Of a stretch of 64,000 nucleotides of DNA, positions 1-13,375 are shown piece after piece. Made by a program: the position numbers and the translations under genes. The first letter of the stretch is position 1, and the number at the start of each line of letters is the position of its first letter. Below the pieces are notes generated by a model that saw only the letters and a list, made by a program, of their open reading frames with translations, did no database searches and had not been told where the DNA came from. Source of the DNA: Botryllus schlosseri (taxonomy: Eukaryota); the NCBI GenBank assembly GCA_051294905.1, contig CM119372.1:28460001-28524000 (forward strand), read 5' to 3'.

Positions 1-1642
1 AATCCTACTTCACAGCAATAAGTGGAAGGAAATTGAATCAAAAAGCTTAATGCTCTTCTGGAAAGGATTGAATATTCATTTTGAAGCCCAACCCAAAAGT
101 CTCCAATATCTTCCCTTGTGAAGTTGATTTTGAGATTTGAATCTTTACGCAGTCCAAGAAACTCTATTTTAGCTGACATGTCGTCATCGCAGATGCATCC
201 CTCTTCGATCGAAAATGGCTTACTAATCCACAAGTTCTTATGTCGTCCTTCCATTCCAGGATAGTACTTTTCAAGAGCGGTAACAATTGCATTCAGATGG
301 CTAGCAATAGCCTGAGTAAAGTCGCAATTCATATTTGGATCAGACTGCAAAAGCACGGTCAAATTTGTAAACATGCAAGTGTCGCCTTTTTGTATCATTC
401 TTTCATAAAATTGCATTTTGCTTTTGAAAGCAGCTACGTTGTCTTGAGTTGTGTGCAACCATACTGACGACCTCCTTGTAGCATCAAATTTAGGGCGTTT
501 ACTTCCAAAAAAGAAAATCAGCCAAGAAAGCCACCTTAAACAAGAAACAGTTGTTTTTCATTTGGTTGTATAAATATTTTCATTTCGTGCCCAGTTCCTG
601 CTCGAGTAACGTAGTCACTTCTTCTCGTAGCTGGAGCAAACGATTCAGGACTTTTCCGCGCGATGACCACCTTACCTCGGTGTGTAACAGCAGAACTTTA
701 TAATCAGCTCCAAATTCTTCACAAAGAGCAGCAAATATTCTCGGTGTTGTTGCATTTGCACAAATGTGATTTACAATTTTAACCACATCTTGCAACACTT
801 CTCGAAGCCCTGGTGGTAGAGTTTTCATAGCTAAAGCAAAGCGATGAATCAAACAATGTGTGAATGATACATGAGGCGCAATATTGTTTATTAATCCTTT
901 GAAACCAGATTTGTAACCAATAATCGACGGAGCACCATCTGTACAGATACCGACAAGTCGTTTCCAATCAGGTTTGTGTTTAAAAAAAAAAACACTTTCA
1001 CAATTTTAAAGATATCTTCTCCCTTGCAAGTGGTTTGAAGATGTTCCGAAAATAAATATTGCTCTTTTATGCTGTTTCCAGAGATATGCGAGCGTAAGAA
1101 ACATCTGTGGATCCATCCAATTGTAAAGAAAATATCGGGCTGGATCTCAAATATTCCACTACTTGCAGTAAAATATCTTCACTCATTTCAAGAATATGAC
1201 TCTTGATTGTGTCGTTTGAAAGTGAAATTTCTTTTAACTTGTTTGACTGCTGCTTTCCTAGCACCAAAGTAGTTGATTCTATGAGACGGGGCTTTATCAG
1301 CTCCTCGCCAATTGTGTGCGGTTTCTTTTCTTTTGCAATTCGTAAGGCAATGCGATACGACGCCTCTAATACTGCATTGTTTTGCTGTGCCCCCATTCCA
1401 CTGGAATCAAGGCGAACATTTTTCAAATGCTCCGATTTTCGCTCAAAAAACTCGACTGTCTTTCCTGCCAATTCACCATGACGAGATAGAAGTTGCTGCT
1501 TGAGCTTGCTCGGTTTCATACTTTCTTGAGACAACACTTTGAGACAAATCATGCATTGTGGTTTTTCAAGGGGACCTTCACTAACACTCGTAAATCCTAA
1601 CTTTAGAAAAGCTTCGTTGTAACTTCGCTTCTTCGGAGGCAT
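1..1642 (-). pseudogene. Disrupted Buster-type hAT transposase (ZBED5/SCAND3-like)
   Basis: ORF 1067-1642 has BED finger (PQCMIC..LS.ESMKPSKLK), KPHTIGEELI, LSNDTI, FSLQLDGSTD; ORF 580-852 has IHRFALAMK and [10 protein letters not shown]; frameshifts and stops between them. Confidence 0.9.
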
Positions 1643-1725
1643 TTGATGATGTCAGACTTGATTATACTGACTAGACTGGAACACTACAGCTTGCAATACT
1701 AACAGTACAGTACTACTACTACGTA

Positions 1726-2345
1726 CTACGGATAGATACGCAGGTCCCGTCGTTACGCTCCGGCAAGCAGTTACACTTGTTGCTGAACAATCTAAAAGCA
1801 GCATAATTGGTGGTGTTATAGTTCGCGACCCGAGTGCTGAAATTTAATGAAACTGGTCTTAATCGAGAGCTACTGCCGCACTGATTCCAAAAATACAAAT
1901 TAAAATCTTGACGGGGATATGGAACCACCTCAAAACAGCCCTCAAAATCCGAAAATCGGCATTGTTCCAACAATGGCACCACCGATGAACACGATGAACA
2001 CGATGAACGTATCAATTGCAATTTCACGATGAACACGATGAACACGATGAACACGATGAACACGATGAACGTATCAATTGCAATTTCATCAAGCGATTGT
2101 TCAGAACAATGCCGATTTTCATATTTCAAGGGATGTTTTGACGTGGTTCCCTTTCCCCGACAAGATTTTAATTTGTATTCTCAGAATCAGTGCGACAGTA
2201 GCTCTCAATTAGGACCAGTTTCATTAAATTTCACCCCTCGGGTCGCAAGTTATAACACCACCAAATATGCTGCTTTTAGATCGCTCAGGAACAAGTGTAA
2301 TTGCTTGCCGGAGCGTAACGACGGGACCTGCGAATCTATCCGTAG
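1726..2345. mobile_element. Foldback MITE inserted upstream of the hAT transposase
   Basis: ~245-bp imperfect inverted arms (CTACGGATAGATACGCAGGTCCC / GGGACCTGCGAATCTATCCGTAG); central 9-bp tandem repeat GATGAACAC; possible TA TSD. Confidence 0.85.
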
Positions 2346-3099
2346 GTTAGTAATCTATAGTACTACAATACAACAGCTTACAATAGTACAGTTGGCCCTG
2401 TCATTAATAATCACTAATGGTAAGCCTACTATGATGTCACAGAAGGTATATTGTGTAGAAGCGAAATGTAAACAAACTTACAAAAGTCTACGTTAGCCTA
2501 CATTCATATTTACGACTGATTTACGACTGAAGATATTTCAGTGCAACGTAATAAGTATATAAAGAAAAGCCTGAATTACCCCCCACAAATTGGTAAATTA
2601 TCCCTTTGGGGGTAATTACCCCCAGGTTAAGAACCACTGATCTAGTCGGCTGCATTGGTGGACTACAAGTCGAGTCTCCTGTCATGAATAAATTGAAAAC
2701 AGATCGAACAATGGGAGGCTGGAACATCAACGGAGTAATAGGCAACAATAATAAACAAAGTAACGAAAGAATTGAATACAATAAACATATATACAACTCT
2801 TGAAAGGTTCTGGTTCGTGTGAACACGACCATGTACAAAACTTTTCTCTAAGCACGAACGTTAACACAAACCAATGACATGACGTGACGTCATATTGCTC
2901 ATTGCAAACTATGTTTGAATTTATATTTGGCATATTGACCAAGTAGTTATCTATAATCCCCACAACAGTGAAGTTCAGTGACGTCACAGTCAGCTAACGC
3001 AAAAGATCGATGAGGGCACTTGAGGTACATCGACAATCCATGCCGATATCAATGTATATTGAATATGTACAAATGTACCTCGCTCAGTGAAAAGCTCAC

Positions 3100-3550
3100 C
3101 CTTAACTCATCCGCTAAGATTGATGCTGATCGATCAAAGGCCATTAATTCTGCCATCGGCAAACATCTGTTAGATAATCCGATTTGTGCGAATAATTATC
3201 GAGACGACCGATTTCGAATCGTTGGGCGGGGCCGTTCACAATTCCATTTATTTGCCTTGGAGTCGACTTTTATCAAAATACACCAACCAAAACTCTGTCA
3301 ACAAAAGGAGTTCGTGTAACACCTAAAAATAGTACATTGAACGCTCTCTCATTCGAAATTTCATGCTGGTGACGTCATATTTGTGATACGATTGTTGATA
3401 TACAATGTTCTTTCCAATTCTCTACTAGTTGCTGACGATTACCCCTGACGAGTGTCAGCCGAAAATATTCGGGTTCATTTCTACATGAAGATACTATTCA
3501 ATTGTATATTGAATTTCTGTACCTCCAAGAAGCTCTACAAATGTACCTGA
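3100..3550 (+). mobile_element. Penelope-like retroelement 3' fragment (end of GIY-YIG endonuclease plus pLTR)
   Basis: SAIGKHLLDNPICANNYRDDRFRIVGRGRSQFHLFALESTFIKIHQPKLCQQKEFV followed by a hammerhead motif; paralogous fragment at ~34380-34750. Confidence 0.85.
3441..3474 (+). ncRNA. Minimal type I hammerhead ribozyme
   Basis: ACCC-CTGACGA-G(TGTCAGC)C-GAAA-ATAT-TC-GGGT: full catalytic core, stem I ACCC/GGGT, 1-bp stem II, palindromic ATAT in place of stem III. Confidence 0.85.
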
Positions 3551-5709
3551 GTGCTTACGTGTTTGCTTATTTGAATTGATAAATCCTAATTTTTGACACG
3601 ACTAACGGAATTGGCAAAGATCTGAATCGATTTCGTCAGTTTGATAAGACTTCCATTGGAAAGTGCTTTTGTCTTTCCGTTCACGATGATGTCTGCCTAG
3701 TAGGCTATACCACCACAGTGGTAGTATCCATTATTCGGAGTATGCGTGGAGCAGAAAACAGTTGAAATGTTGTTTACCCTTGCTACGCTACTCACCAAAA
3801 AACTTAAAAATTTGAGGTCACTTTGACACTGTTGAATCCGAGCATTCCCACCCACTTACAGCAGGCATAAGTAAAATGTGGGTTCACAGCTAGCTAGACG
3901 AAATGGCAATGTAATTTGTCACCTGGAATAATTTAGAGTAGTTAAAGCAGTCTTCACCGCTACTCAAGTCGAAGTAAAACCGTGCGCGTCCATTCAATTA
4001 CAAGTGAAAGTAGCAATTTCCAACACATTCCAAACCTTTGTATAGCAGAAATAAAAACGCCTTTAAAGTATCTAAATAAGAACCTTTAGTGGATTTATTA
4101 TTAATAGTAGATTTTGTCGAGGCGTCACATACTTTCAGTGGTCAATCGAATTCCAGGTTATATAGTTTCGAAATTACCAAATGCATGCTTACAACTAACC
4201 CTCAATGACTATTTACAGTGCTGATAAACACGATTATTTGTAATGATATATTTAACTACCGTGATACAGCGGCTATTTTGTCATGGTCGTTTCGACAATT
4301 TCATTGAAAAAATTCATGAAAACCAACCCCAAAATTACTTTCTACCTTACAAAATAGCGTGTGCCTGAAGCAACTTCCAGTGGAAGTGTTCTGAAAACAT
4401 GACCACTTGAGAAAGTACTGAAAGTAGGCAAATCTTACTCAAGTACTTCATGAAATAAATCCTTCCTTACTGACCATTTCTTAATGATTATATATATCAA
4501 TCGGGATCGCAAATACCGAAGTCAACTACTGTGATTAATTCCAGACTTTTCCTTCGTATCTATGGCCACAAAAAGCGTCAGTATTTATATTGTATAAAAT
4601 ATAGACTGTGATCGCATTCTATTTTTGAAGCTGGCGTGATTCCGCTTGCTACTAGAAATGATACAGCCGGAAACACACAAATTCAAAATCTGAGATGTCT
4701 TAGTTAGTTAGATATATATATACATTCAGTTACTGCGTCGACAGATATCTTCAAGTTTTCCCCCTTTCTCGATCAGGTTACTAGAACAGGGATAGAAATA
4801 ACCTTAGGGGATGGATTCCCAGTCACAAAGGCATCCCTGACAACGAAATTGCAGAGAAAAATGCAAAATCAGCGGCATCGTATGTCCCGAATCATCAAAT
4901 TCTTGAGGTGTCCAATGTCCATCGGAGACGCGAAGTCACTTGTACGCCATTATATTTGCGGACTCTCTGGCAGGAACTGCATGCATGTGACAATAAAGGG
5001 ATGCATTTTAAACGTTTCCATGGTTGCGGTGCAACAAAAGTCGCCTTAATGCAGGAAAATCGGCTATTTCAAGATATAATGCCTGCGCTCCGGTCACTGT
5101 GCGCTAAATGCTCATTTATTTAGAATTGCGGATGTTCGGATAACTCGTTCTGTCATCGTTGCACTACCCAGCAAACACGAAACAGCCCATTGAGGTTAAA
5201 AAAACGTTTTTATTTGGTTCATATTAAAGACTAGCAGGATAGTTTTAAGTCGGTTTTTGTGTCGACGCGTTTTAACGCGTTCTTCACGCAAATCGGGATC
5301 GTTAATAAAACGTAGATAAAACTGTGTATCTACAATGCTTTAGAACGTACAATCGATGGTCAGAAAAACATCCTGAGATACTAACATCCCTGTATTCCCA
5401 TATTTAGGCATACCTGAGGGTGGCTGCGGACACATACACGTATCACAGTACACATTGCCTTTGATGAACTTATAATTCATACAGAAAACAGTGTCAACAA
5501 AACTCAAAGAAAATAATTCAGAACGAAACGATGTCGAAGAAGCGAATGAAAAAATAATCAAGCCAACTGATTATGTGTCTTCTTCATCTTCTGATGACGA
5601 GGATAAGACGCTGCTTTCTGCCTTTTTCCCCATAGAACCCTACAGAGAAACAACAACATTGAATGTTAAAGACATGCTCGATCCTGTTTAGATAGCTCTT
5701 AGTACTACG

Positions 5710-6320
5710 CAGTGTTGGGATGACTCGAGTCACTTTGCAAAAATGACTTGACTCGACTCGGCGCTCGAGATATATGGATTGACTCGTGACTCGGAGTAAA
5801 ATTCACGAGTCAATTTCAAGTAATCAAGTAAACGGTGTCAATTAAATCACCCTATATCTTATGTACGTTCGGATTTTTTGCGATATGTCGGTATTACTTG
5901 TGAGAGCAAACAGCCATTCACTGATCGCACCTTTCACTGATCCTGTTGTTACATCATAATTTAATTGACCGCAAACGAAACGGTCACAGCTTATGCTTGC
6001 GTTGTCGTCGTAGTAGTAGTTTATTCTGTTAGCAAGGTATCATTGTTTCTCAGACAGCACAGTGGTTAAATTGCGCGGTGCTATCTTTTACCAACTCTCC
6101 TGTATAATTTAAATCGAACGAATATTGTCTATGCGTCCCTATTCTCACGGAAGGGTAGTATATTGTCCCTTATCAATTTATTGCAACTTCTCGAGGCTTC
6201 GTATTCGATCCTCTGTTTCGGCTGATAATAGAACGTAGCGTGTAGCTATAAAGTTACTCACATATGCTATTAGCAGTTCTACGTGTGAGTGATAAAACGC
6301 CTTTTGCATTTATATTTAAC
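5710..6320 (+). mobile_element. Truncated hAT MITE (CAGTGTTGGGAT / GACTCGAGTC family)
   Basis: Similar to the left part of the complete copy at 55553-56496. Confidence 0.75.
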
Positions 6321-6321
6321 T

Positions 6322-7431
6322 TTATATTATTTGATTGAAGATAAATGACCGATTAATCCGTCTTTTACCCAGCAAAATGGAATGCGAGAACGTGTCGTCC
6401 GACATCCGACTTCGCGCCTGCACTCGCGAAGAGATCGTCGGCGATGAAACCTTTGCACAAAGTGATAGACGCGCTTTCACTGAACTCTTCGATATTGATA
6501 TGTCCAAGCGTTGATTAATCATGTCCTGGTCAAATAAGCCCAGCGGTATACAGCGACGGCCCACAATATATGCAACTAACATTATTTCATTGACCTAATT
6601 GTTTCGTGAACTTTGAAAAAATTTGAAAAGGTTGGCCACCCCTGCACAAACCATAATAGACTTTTGAAAACGATTGGCCACCCCTGCACTAACCATAATA
6701 GACTTGCAATGTTAAATTACATAACATTCTGTTGAATAACATTACATCGTATTACATTTGAATAACTGAACCATGACACTGAATTGGTTAATCGATTGAA
6801 TAATGATTGACAAAAATTTATTGATACCGTACATCAGGGGTGGCCAACCTTTTCGGCCAACGGGCCACATGAGATTTCCAAACCATTGCGTGGGCCACTT
6901 GAATGTTGATGTGCTTTTTTAGTCGTTCGATAGGAACGAACCGGATTATAGGTAACGGTAAAAAAGGACTCATATTACCACACATCAAAATCGTTAACAA
7001 TTATGTCATGAAAACATGTCCTAGTCGCGCAAAGCGCGAAAATATTATTAAAGTTAATGAAAGAATTAGGTCAATAAAACATTGTTAGTTGCATATATTG
7101 TGGGTCGACGCTGTAAACTGCTGGGCTCATTTGGCCAGGACATGATTAATCAACGCTTGGACGTATCAATATCGAAGAGTTCAGTGAAAGTGCGTCTATC
7201 ACTTCGTGCAAAGGTTTCATCGCCGACGATCTTTTCGCGAGTGCAGACGCGAAGTCGTATGTCGGACGACACGTTCTCGCATATTTGCCAATATAGCTAA
7301 TATCAATTCCGTAAATAAGACGTTTCAGGAGGAGACACCAATACTAAAAGCAAGAAATCGATTGGCAATAAATCGAGCGCAGCGCTAAAAAAATATCAAG
7401 ACAAATAAATCCTTTACGAGATATTCTACTT
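6322..7431. mobile_element. Two oppositely oriented fragments of a CAGGGGTGGCCAACC hAT MITE family
   Basis: 6380-6595 is the reverse complement of ~7065-7280; TIRs end at ~6644 (repeated ~40 bp later) and start at 6835. Confidence 0.7.
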
Positions 7432-8986
7432 CAGGGGTTCTCAACTTTCCTTGTATAACGGGCCGCATTTCGACAGCAAAAGACGCTGCGGGCCGCAGAA
7501 CTATGTTACCTTGCATTCATGGGCTACTATTAAATTTAGGCAATTGTAGCCGATTTACCAGTCGTATACCGGCATTTAGTACATTTCTATGCATTGTAAA
7601 ATAATAATGAACAGCGTTCGTGAGTTTGCAGCTGCTGCTTGTGAGAATATGTATCTTCTAGCGGCGCGTGTAAATCCCTTCATGAAGCGTGCATTACATT
7701 CGTTGTCAAGTCGGTATATGCAACTTCAAATCCTTCCACCAGAGAGCCGAACTCTTTGTTCCAATGCGTGGGCGAGCAAGTATAAAATTACTATAACTTT
7801 TGCGTTACAGAGACCATTATCACATTGAGCTCTGAGTGATATGAGAAGAAATCTGGGGTTTGGGGCATTTCTGAGCAAAACAATCAACATTTCTCCTTTC
7901 CGTTCATGCCTGGGGCACTGTACCAATAGTTACAGAAGTCAGCTTTGTCAAGTTGATATTTTTCGCTGGTCCCCTCCCCACGTTTGCCCAGCCAGTATTT
8001 CTCTGCATATATGTCCACTCTGATGAAATTCAACCAGATAATTAGTTATACAATGTCGGTGGATTCATCCAAGGCTGCGTAAAAGTAGTCTACGCGGCAA
8101 CGTGTTTCAGAACAGGCGATAAAAGATTGACTGATATTGATATTACTCGTCTGGTCAGGATTGAATCAGACGATTGCATCTTCGAAATTTGTCTGGTGAT
8201 GTTGTCCTTGCTGCTAAGTTCCGGAAACAGCAAATATTCGCAAAGTATGTTACGATTTTATTGAAATCACACCTTCTATATCAGATTTCTTGGGTTTAGC
8301 GATATTCGAAGCAATTTTAAACGATGCGTCTGTAACGTCGTCGGCAATCTCAACAACCGTTCGCAGTGAGTCAAACACTCTTTAAAAGTGTAGGCCTACT
8401 AAGAAGCGGGATTCTCTTGAACCAGAGTCCAGCCGAATAATGATTCAAAACAATAACAATCTGAAGTCGAGCATATATCAAGAAACGAGAGCACATTGAA
8501 GCAGTGGTTCTCAAACATTTTTTAGTCACGCCCCCCCCTTTTTGATAGGGAAAAATTTCGTGCCCCCCCTATCGTCATATAACAAAATGCAACCAGAATG
8601 CTAGCAATACAAACGGCTAGTTTGATGGCATGTAAGGTTATAGCCGTTGATCAGAGAATTCTCAAATATGAAATTCGGACTATACACAGAGAAATAACAG
8701 TGAATTAGGGATAAATTGCGCGCAGCGCGAAATTTTTTTCAGTTGACCGCACCTTCGCGCCCCCTTCAGATGCTTCACGCACCAAAGAGGGCGCGTGCCC
8801 CCAGTTTGAGAACCACTGTCTTCAAGAATGAGTAATCAAACGAAACAGAGACGGTGCGATAAAAGAGCTAAGTATCTAAATTAATTAGTAACAATAGCCT
8901 ACCGTGTCATTAGTAATTGCGTTTATAATGAAAGATGTCGCGGGCCACAAAATATACGTCTGCGGGCCGCGGGTTGAGAACCCCTG
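7432..8986 (-). mobile_element. Internally deleted hAT element with transposase remnants
   Basis: TIR CAGGGGTTCTCAAC; perfect 8-bp TSD TTCTACTT; minus-strand remnant DYFYAALDESTDIV. Confidence 0.9.
8502..8818 (-). mobile_element. ~310-bp hAT MITE (CAGTGGTTCTCAAAC family), nested
   Basis: TIRs; related copies at 26454-26764, 37096-37397, 61586-61896 and a split copy ending at 32620. Confidence 0.85.
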
Positions 8987-9394
8987 TTCTACTTTATGGT
9001 CATATACAAAGATGGCTCCTGGCTACGCCAACATGTCGGAACTGATATTTTAGTCATCAACAGCCTAAAGTCCGCGGTCAGGCTAACATTCGCACACGCT
9101 GCGCACACACGACAGTCCTGCTGGAGACGCGATAGTTCAGGCTGGTAACATAGTGTAGCCAGAATACCCTGCATGCCGCCAAACAATGTGTTGGGGTCGC
9201 TAATATTCTGGCTGCTCGTTTTAATATTTTTGATATGACGATAAAGGGGTGGTGGGGAAAATTTTAGCTATTGTCAAGGTAGCTTGTCAAAAAAGTTCGA
9301 GAACCACTGAGCTAGCTCAACATTTACATGGGGTGTAAGGTAGGCTACTGAACACATATAGATAGGTTCGAAGGTAAACATAAATGTTGCTCAC

Positions 9395-9554
9395 TATATA
9401 TGATCTTGTACAACGCGAGCTTGTTAAAAGCCTCCTTCCCAGATTTTCCAACACGGCTGTAACTGCTCCACACACGGGCAGTAGCGACCTTTTACATGAT
9501 GGATCTGACAGATTGGCCAATTGTGTCGCCTCCAACTGAGCTGAATCCAGCTAT
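9395..9554 (-). pseudogene. Relic exon of a DUF4806-like transposon accessory protein
   Basis: tttcag acceptor and gtgag donor flank IAGFSSVGGDTIGQSVRSIM*KVATARVWSSYSRVGKSGKEAFNKLALYKIIY, with one in-frame stop. Confidence 0.6.
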
Positions 9555-11489
9555 CTGAAATCATAATATACAAACAGAATTATTCAAGTGCAACGATCAT
9601 ACCCGACAAGGACTTCACAAAAAGACTTGGACAATTAGAAATATTTTAGCTTTTCCTGATTAGATTGGAATTACAGTTAGATATATTTCCGAATCAGAGT
9701 AGAATAAGGATTATAGCTACACAGCAGTTGTCTGCAAATTAGATTTAAATTAGAATTATAGCTACAGTTTGTATACAAATTAGATTAAAATGACTAAATT
9801 CGAGAAAACTCGGACATCGCATCAAGTTGCAAATCATGGTCCATTCTTATTAAGGACATGAGAATAGCAAATGTCTGTACCGTATCGAGTCACCTTCGAA
9901 AATCGATTAACCTGACTTGACGCGAGTCAAAATATACAATATGGCGGTATCGTATCTACAGGGGTTCTTAAATACTTTTGGTCATGAAACTAAAATGCGG
10001 ATATTCGACCCCCACATTGTTTTCAGAATATTAAAATGAATCTAGTGCACATAACTATCCCCGCAAAGCATGAAAATATAGTCTCAAGTTACTGAAGATA
10101 CCTCATTACTCTAAAGAACCCTATTGAGGGATTCTGGGTACAGCAGTTGCAGTTATTGCTTCACATCCACGAATCAAACATTGATACTTGGTTTGAGATT
10201 GAGTTTTTGATATCATTATAATTATCAAAGTCAGTCCGGTTAAAAATTCTAGACATACCGAGGGAATACTACGAAAGTATGTAAATCCACTTTTGCGATC
10301 GTCTCAGTGTGATATTGTGACAGTCCGGTCTGCCAAGTGGGAAGTTGCTTCTGCGTTGGATGAACTTTAAACTGCAATTGTATATCATGTTTTGCTAGCC
10401 ATAAGTCTCAGAAGTATTAGAAATATTCAGCCTCATACCTGCGGTACAATCTTTTTGTAGAACAGTTCAATTCACTTTCCGGTCAAGAAGTTTACCAATT
10501 TTGCCAGCTCTTACGCATCTGCTTGCTCTTCCGAAAAAAATCAGTGCTGCTGTTTCTGAAATCGAAAGCAGTAGGTGGTAATCTTAGCGCTGGCAACTCG
10601 AGCTCAAAATTTTGTTTAACCGGTCTCAATCGAAAGCTACTGTCACATTGATTTCAAAAATATAAATTAAAATTTGGTCCGGCCACTGGAACCCCCCGAA
10701 AATAACCCTCAATGTCCGAATCTACATTGTTTCTAACAATTGTATCGCCCGTAGGCAATAGTCGAATAAAGTCTCTTTTTGACTGTGACGCCAACAAGCG
10801 TCTCGGCAAAGTCGAGCTGTGTTCCCCATGAATAATTCAATGTGACCCGAATACGTCGAGTAGTTTTTGCATTTCGCATCATCGCGCATCCACGAATTTT
10901 GATTATACAAATGCAGCCTACCTACGCATATCACTGCGGAATTCGATATAGATGCGTACTTCCTTGCACATGGCAGATGAATCCATTCGGCTCTTTGTGG
11001 GTCATAAATTTCATCGGAACTGACAATATTATAACATAGTTCTAATGTGAATGAGACACCAGTGCGATAACACACTAGGTGTTCTCTGCGCATAACAGGC
11101 TAATTAACGAAACAGTGTTTATAGTGCATCATAGATAGATAAATTGTACCTATAATTGGGATGTTCGGCAGTTTGAAATCATACATTTGCGATATCTGCG
11201 ACGCCGATCAAAACATGGCAGCCAAAAACCACTTAGATCACACACCACTGTTTATGCCATTTTTAATTTGGTTGGGATGCCGTTTAGGACTTAGCTGAAT
11301 GAATTATGAGAATGAGCCGTTTTGTTAATCAGTCGGTTAATTGCAGAGAATAACTGGTGTGTTCTCATTTCTATTTGTCCAAATTTTTATATGCGCGACA
11401 AAAAATATGAAAGTAGGCTACTTGCATTTTAGGACGTATTCGCGTTTACAGCGATTGATGCGATGCAACCAACTCAAAGTAGCTGCAAC

Positions 11490-11663
11490 CAATGTTCCTT
11501 CCAATTTTTCAAGAGTCTGCACGCACTTAACTTGGACAACAGTGCGTAGCGACTAAAAAAAGGTCATCACTTTGATGTTTTGTGCGCAGCTTAAATTTTC
11601 TGTGCCCAGATACGGTGTCAGCATGTCGCAATTGCACACTTGAGCAGCTTACAGGGAACATTG
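11490..11663. mobile_element. Short hAT MITE
   Basis: TIR CAATGTTCC/GGAACATTG; TSD GCTGCAAC/GTTGCAAC. Confidence 0.75.
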
Positions 11664-12469
11664 GTTGCAACACCTAAAACTACGTTCCAATATTGCCAAT
11701 TCAAATAAAATTTAGGAACCATCAAGACCCGAATGGAACTATATAATTGTTTTGTAAATTGGCCAGCTAGCTTCAAATAAGTACACGTTGATGTTGATAC
11801 CTTGATAGTAAATTCTACAATATGCGTTGGCTTCAGTGCTATCATTTGTATTCTCAAATTTGTAAATGCGCTACGACGCGAAATACTAAAACTACTCGAA
11901 TAGGACGTATATTGGCATCACATCAATCTCTAGCAACATACTCAGAGGGTCACGGCCTCACCGGGAGCACGGCCTCACCGGGAGCACGGCTTGACTTCGC
12001 CGAGACGCTCAATGGCATGGCGTCACAATCGGTACCGTGCGTACCAAATGTTAATCGGCATTCAGCTCGGGCGCCCCTATTGTTCAGTAAAATGAAAATT
12101 TCCAACTTTGTGGGAGATTTTAGGGGGTTTCAGTGCCCGGACGAGATTTTAATTAGTCTTTTAGGAATCAGTGAAAAAGTAGTTGGTACAGCTGGTCGCC
12201 AGCGCTAAGATTATACCCAGTAGGCCGTGTCATATAATCTCCTACATGTTACGGTATGTTATCATAATATGATACGAAAATGACTCATATAAGCATAATT
12301 TTAGAAACTTACGTGGATAACTGCAGACGACCAAGCCATTGAGCAACCCATATAGTATGCAGTCCGGTACGGTGATTGTCCCTGATAACATGCTACATTA
12401 TAATGTTATAAATAGCTGAAAATGCTTGTATTATTATTATTACAGCCACCGAAATAGGCGTAATTTTCG

Positions 12470-13375
12470 GGCGCTTCTTCGATATACGCCCCAGATCGAA
12501 ACAGTGTTTCACATGTAACCAGCAAGTGTTTCCCATGAACACGATCAAATTTTATAAACGTCAAAATAAATTGTTTTTTGCCTGTGGAGAGACGGATATT
12601 AGGGTTGGATGTGGTCAAAGTTGGGGTTAGGGATATCAGGGTTGGGGCAGATTATGGTTGGGGGTAGGTGGAAATTAGGGTTGTGTTAGGGTATTCCAGG
12701 ATTAAAGCTGGGGAAGGGGGATATTAGGGTTGGAGGTGGGTTAGGGTCAAAGTTGGTGTTAGGGTATCCCAAGATTAGGGTTGGGGATATTATGGTCGGG
12801 AGAGTGTGGAATATCGTGTCCCGCACTCCAAACCTATTCTTGGGTTGCCCTAACCCTAACACAGCTCTAACCCCAACCCAGCTCTAACTAATATCCCCCT
12901 CTCCTCCAACCCTAATATCCCCATTTCCTAACCCCAACCCAGCTCTAACCCTAACTCTAAACCCATCTCCTAACCCTAATATCCCCCTCTCCTCCAACCC
13001 TAATATCCTCATTTCCTAACCCAGCTCTAACCCTAACCCTAAACCCATCCCCCAACTCTAATATCCCCCTCCTCAAATCTAATATCCCCCTCTCCTCCAA
13101 TCCTAATATCCCTCTTTCCCAACCCTAATATCCATCATTTCTCGAACCCTAATATCCCCCCTCTCCAACTCTAATATCCCCCTCTACTCAACCCTAAAAT
13201 CCTCCCTCCCCAGTCATAATATCCCCCTCTCCTCCAACCATAATATCCCCCTTCCACAACAAAGGCAAAAAACAATTTATTTTGACGTTTATAAATTTTA
13301 TTGTGTTCATGTGAAACATTTTTTGGTGTCATGGGGAACACTGTTTCGATCTGGGGCGTATATCGAAAAAGCGCC
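12470..13375. mobile_element. Foldback MITE (Merlin-like termini) with head-to-head telomere-like arrays
   Basis: GG..CC termini, ~115-bp unique inverted arms, perfect 8-bp TSD AATTTTCG; internal GGATATTAGGGTTGG units on the left and CCAACCCTAATATCC units on the right. Confidence 0.85.

Larger units (their letters stand above)
1..2639 (-). mobile_element. hAT (Buster/Charlie-like) transposon, 5' part; runs off the left edge of the window
   Basis: Terminus on minus strand CAGTGGTTCTTAACCTG ends at 2639, followed by ATCTAGTC (NTCTAGNN, Buster-type target); transposase relic inside. Confidence 0.85.

Noticed and set aside
1981..2070. GATGAACAC repeats as a CRISPR array or MNT-repeat protein
   Set aside because: Simple 9-bp tandem repeat with no unique spacers, at the centre of a MITE
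2651..2967. Possible solo LTR (TG...CA)
   Set aside because: No TSD, PBS or second copy found
12590..13250. True telomere fusion site
   Set aside because: Degenerate units enclosed by TIRs and an 8-bp TSD
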